From Chlorokybus atmophyticus (Eukaryota > Plantae > Mesostigma and Chlorokybus algae): a stretch of 64,000 nt of DNA. The position numbers and the translations under genes are program-made. Below the pieces are notes generated by a model that was not told the origin of the DNA, searched no databases, and saw only the letters and a program-made list of their open reading frames with translations. The first letter of the stretch is position 1; the number at the start of each line of letters is the position of its first letter. Shown piece by piece: positions 62,701 to 64,000 of the stretch. The stretch covers positions 1 through 64,000 of the forward strand of contig RHPI01001737.1 of assembly GCA_009103225.1 (NCBI GenBank), read 5' to 3'.

Positions 62701-63961
62701 TCCCCGAGCTGCATTGGCACATGGCAACTTGGGGTACTTCAGGTCGAGGTTGTAAGTTTTGGAGAAGTATTCCGCCACGGTGCAGGTCCTCTGGACTCCA
62801 TTGACATTCAAGACAAACCTGCAAGCATGACGCTCTGTCACAGATGTAAGCTCTCTGCTTGTAACACACAAATGTCGAATAGGTTGTCACGTACGTTTGA
62901 TTGTCGGCTGAGTTCGGTGAGAGGCCAGCAATGCGAAATCTACGCTTGATCAGCCCTTGATGCGTGGTTCCCACCTGGACGTTGCACAGGAAATCTTGAA
63001 CGTGCAAGGCATCGCTCCCTTGAATCCCCTTGCGGAGGCTTGCAATTCTGTAGTCCAGAAACTCTGCCACGGCCTCCACCACACCCTGTTCTTTGTAAAC
63101 AGCTGTCGCGGACATATCTGCACAAAGCTAACAAGTTAGATCTCTGGCTTAAATAGGGGCTAAAAGTTACAGAGCTTGGTTGATGTACCACAGAACCAAG
63201 CAACGCTTACCGAGATTGAACGCCAAGCCAGCCTGCACTGGCCGCAAGGACTGGAAGTAGCCGCGACTGTAGCACAAACCGTTGCCTAGAGATCCAAAGC
63301 CAAAGCTTTGGTGGAAGAACAAGGAGCGGCCAAACGACCAGTACTTCTGAGCGGCAGTCATGCGCATCTTCAAATAAGACTCCATGTCAGCTTAGCAATC
63401 AACACGCTCAACATTACATGCAGCGTTGCTACCACCAACTCACCGCAAGGTAGAGACCTTGTAATGCAGGCTGTGGAACATCAGGTCGCTGACCGCGCAG
63501 GTACTCGTCAAGGGCATACATGTTGATTGCAGCAACAAGCTTCAGAGTCACGGTGTACCGCAGTGCGCTCCTGCAGGTAGCAAACTATCAGGAGAGTTCA
63601 TCAATGGACAGCAATCTTAGTTGATGATTGCGAAGCGGGTTCCATTGTGTCACTTACACTTGCTCTGAAGTTGCCGGAATGTCGACCCTCAGCATCAGAG
63701 GAGAAGGTATTGCCTGTGCAGTGTACACGTTGCGGTATCCATCAAAAGCCAACATTGTGTCATCGGCAACCTTTCGGTAGTCGCTGGAGTCCTGCAAGAC
63801 CTGCGCACAGTCACACTGGTCAACTGCACTAGAAGATCGCTGAGCCTTCACCCTACATCATGACGCCTGTATCCGTAGGTGAGTCCAACCTGCACAATTG
63901 CACGCAGCAGCGCCCTGTTGCTAACGCTTCTCTCAACCGGGCCCGCCGCAGCAACAGACAC
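59706..63961 (-). CDS. AGO: Argonaute (N/L1, PAZ, MID, PIWI), multi-exon; 5' end beyond the window
   Basis: [58 protein letters not shown]|[24 protein letters not shown]|E, IFYR|[28 protein letters not shown]|[31 protein letters not shown]. Catalytic D-E-D-H all present. Confidence 0.95.
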
Positions 63962-64000
63962 CTGCAAGATAGGCAGAGTACCACACGCTCGTTGTTTGTA

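Overview
Nuclear DNA of an intron-rich, GC-rich green-lineage alga (GT-AG introns, plastid transit peptides, standard genetic code). Intact host genes: GSA (+), PSB27 (+), isoamylase ISA1 (-), CSA/ERCC8 WD40 (-), an Argonaute with a DEDH tetrad (-, 5' end beyond the window) and two tandem tRNA-Trp(CCA). Between them lie decayed genes for secreted proteins and several mobile elements. The main structure is a complete 10.5-kb Plavaka-type DNA transposon (36976-47477). It has 16-bp perfect TIRs (CGTCACCAAAGTGTAG), a 2-bp GT target duplication, two head-to-head genes and an internal array of 40-bp palindromes. It sits inside an exon of a large mosaic gene (Pollen Ole e I-like + heparinase II/III-like + MopE-type Cys motif + two bacterial-type beta-sandwich domains), and removing it restores that gene's frame. 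The same gene was hit near its 3' end by a CRE-like non-LTR retrotransposon, whose empty site survives in a paralogous fragment at ~29 kb. Also present: a decayed Penelope-like element with N-terminal GIY-YIG (Chlamys-type domain order), a second CRE fragment, a probable MITE, the end of another TIR element, and a duplicated half-exon in the Argonaute MID domain that allows an in-frame alternative isoform. All family assignments come from motif recognition by eye; no searches were run.
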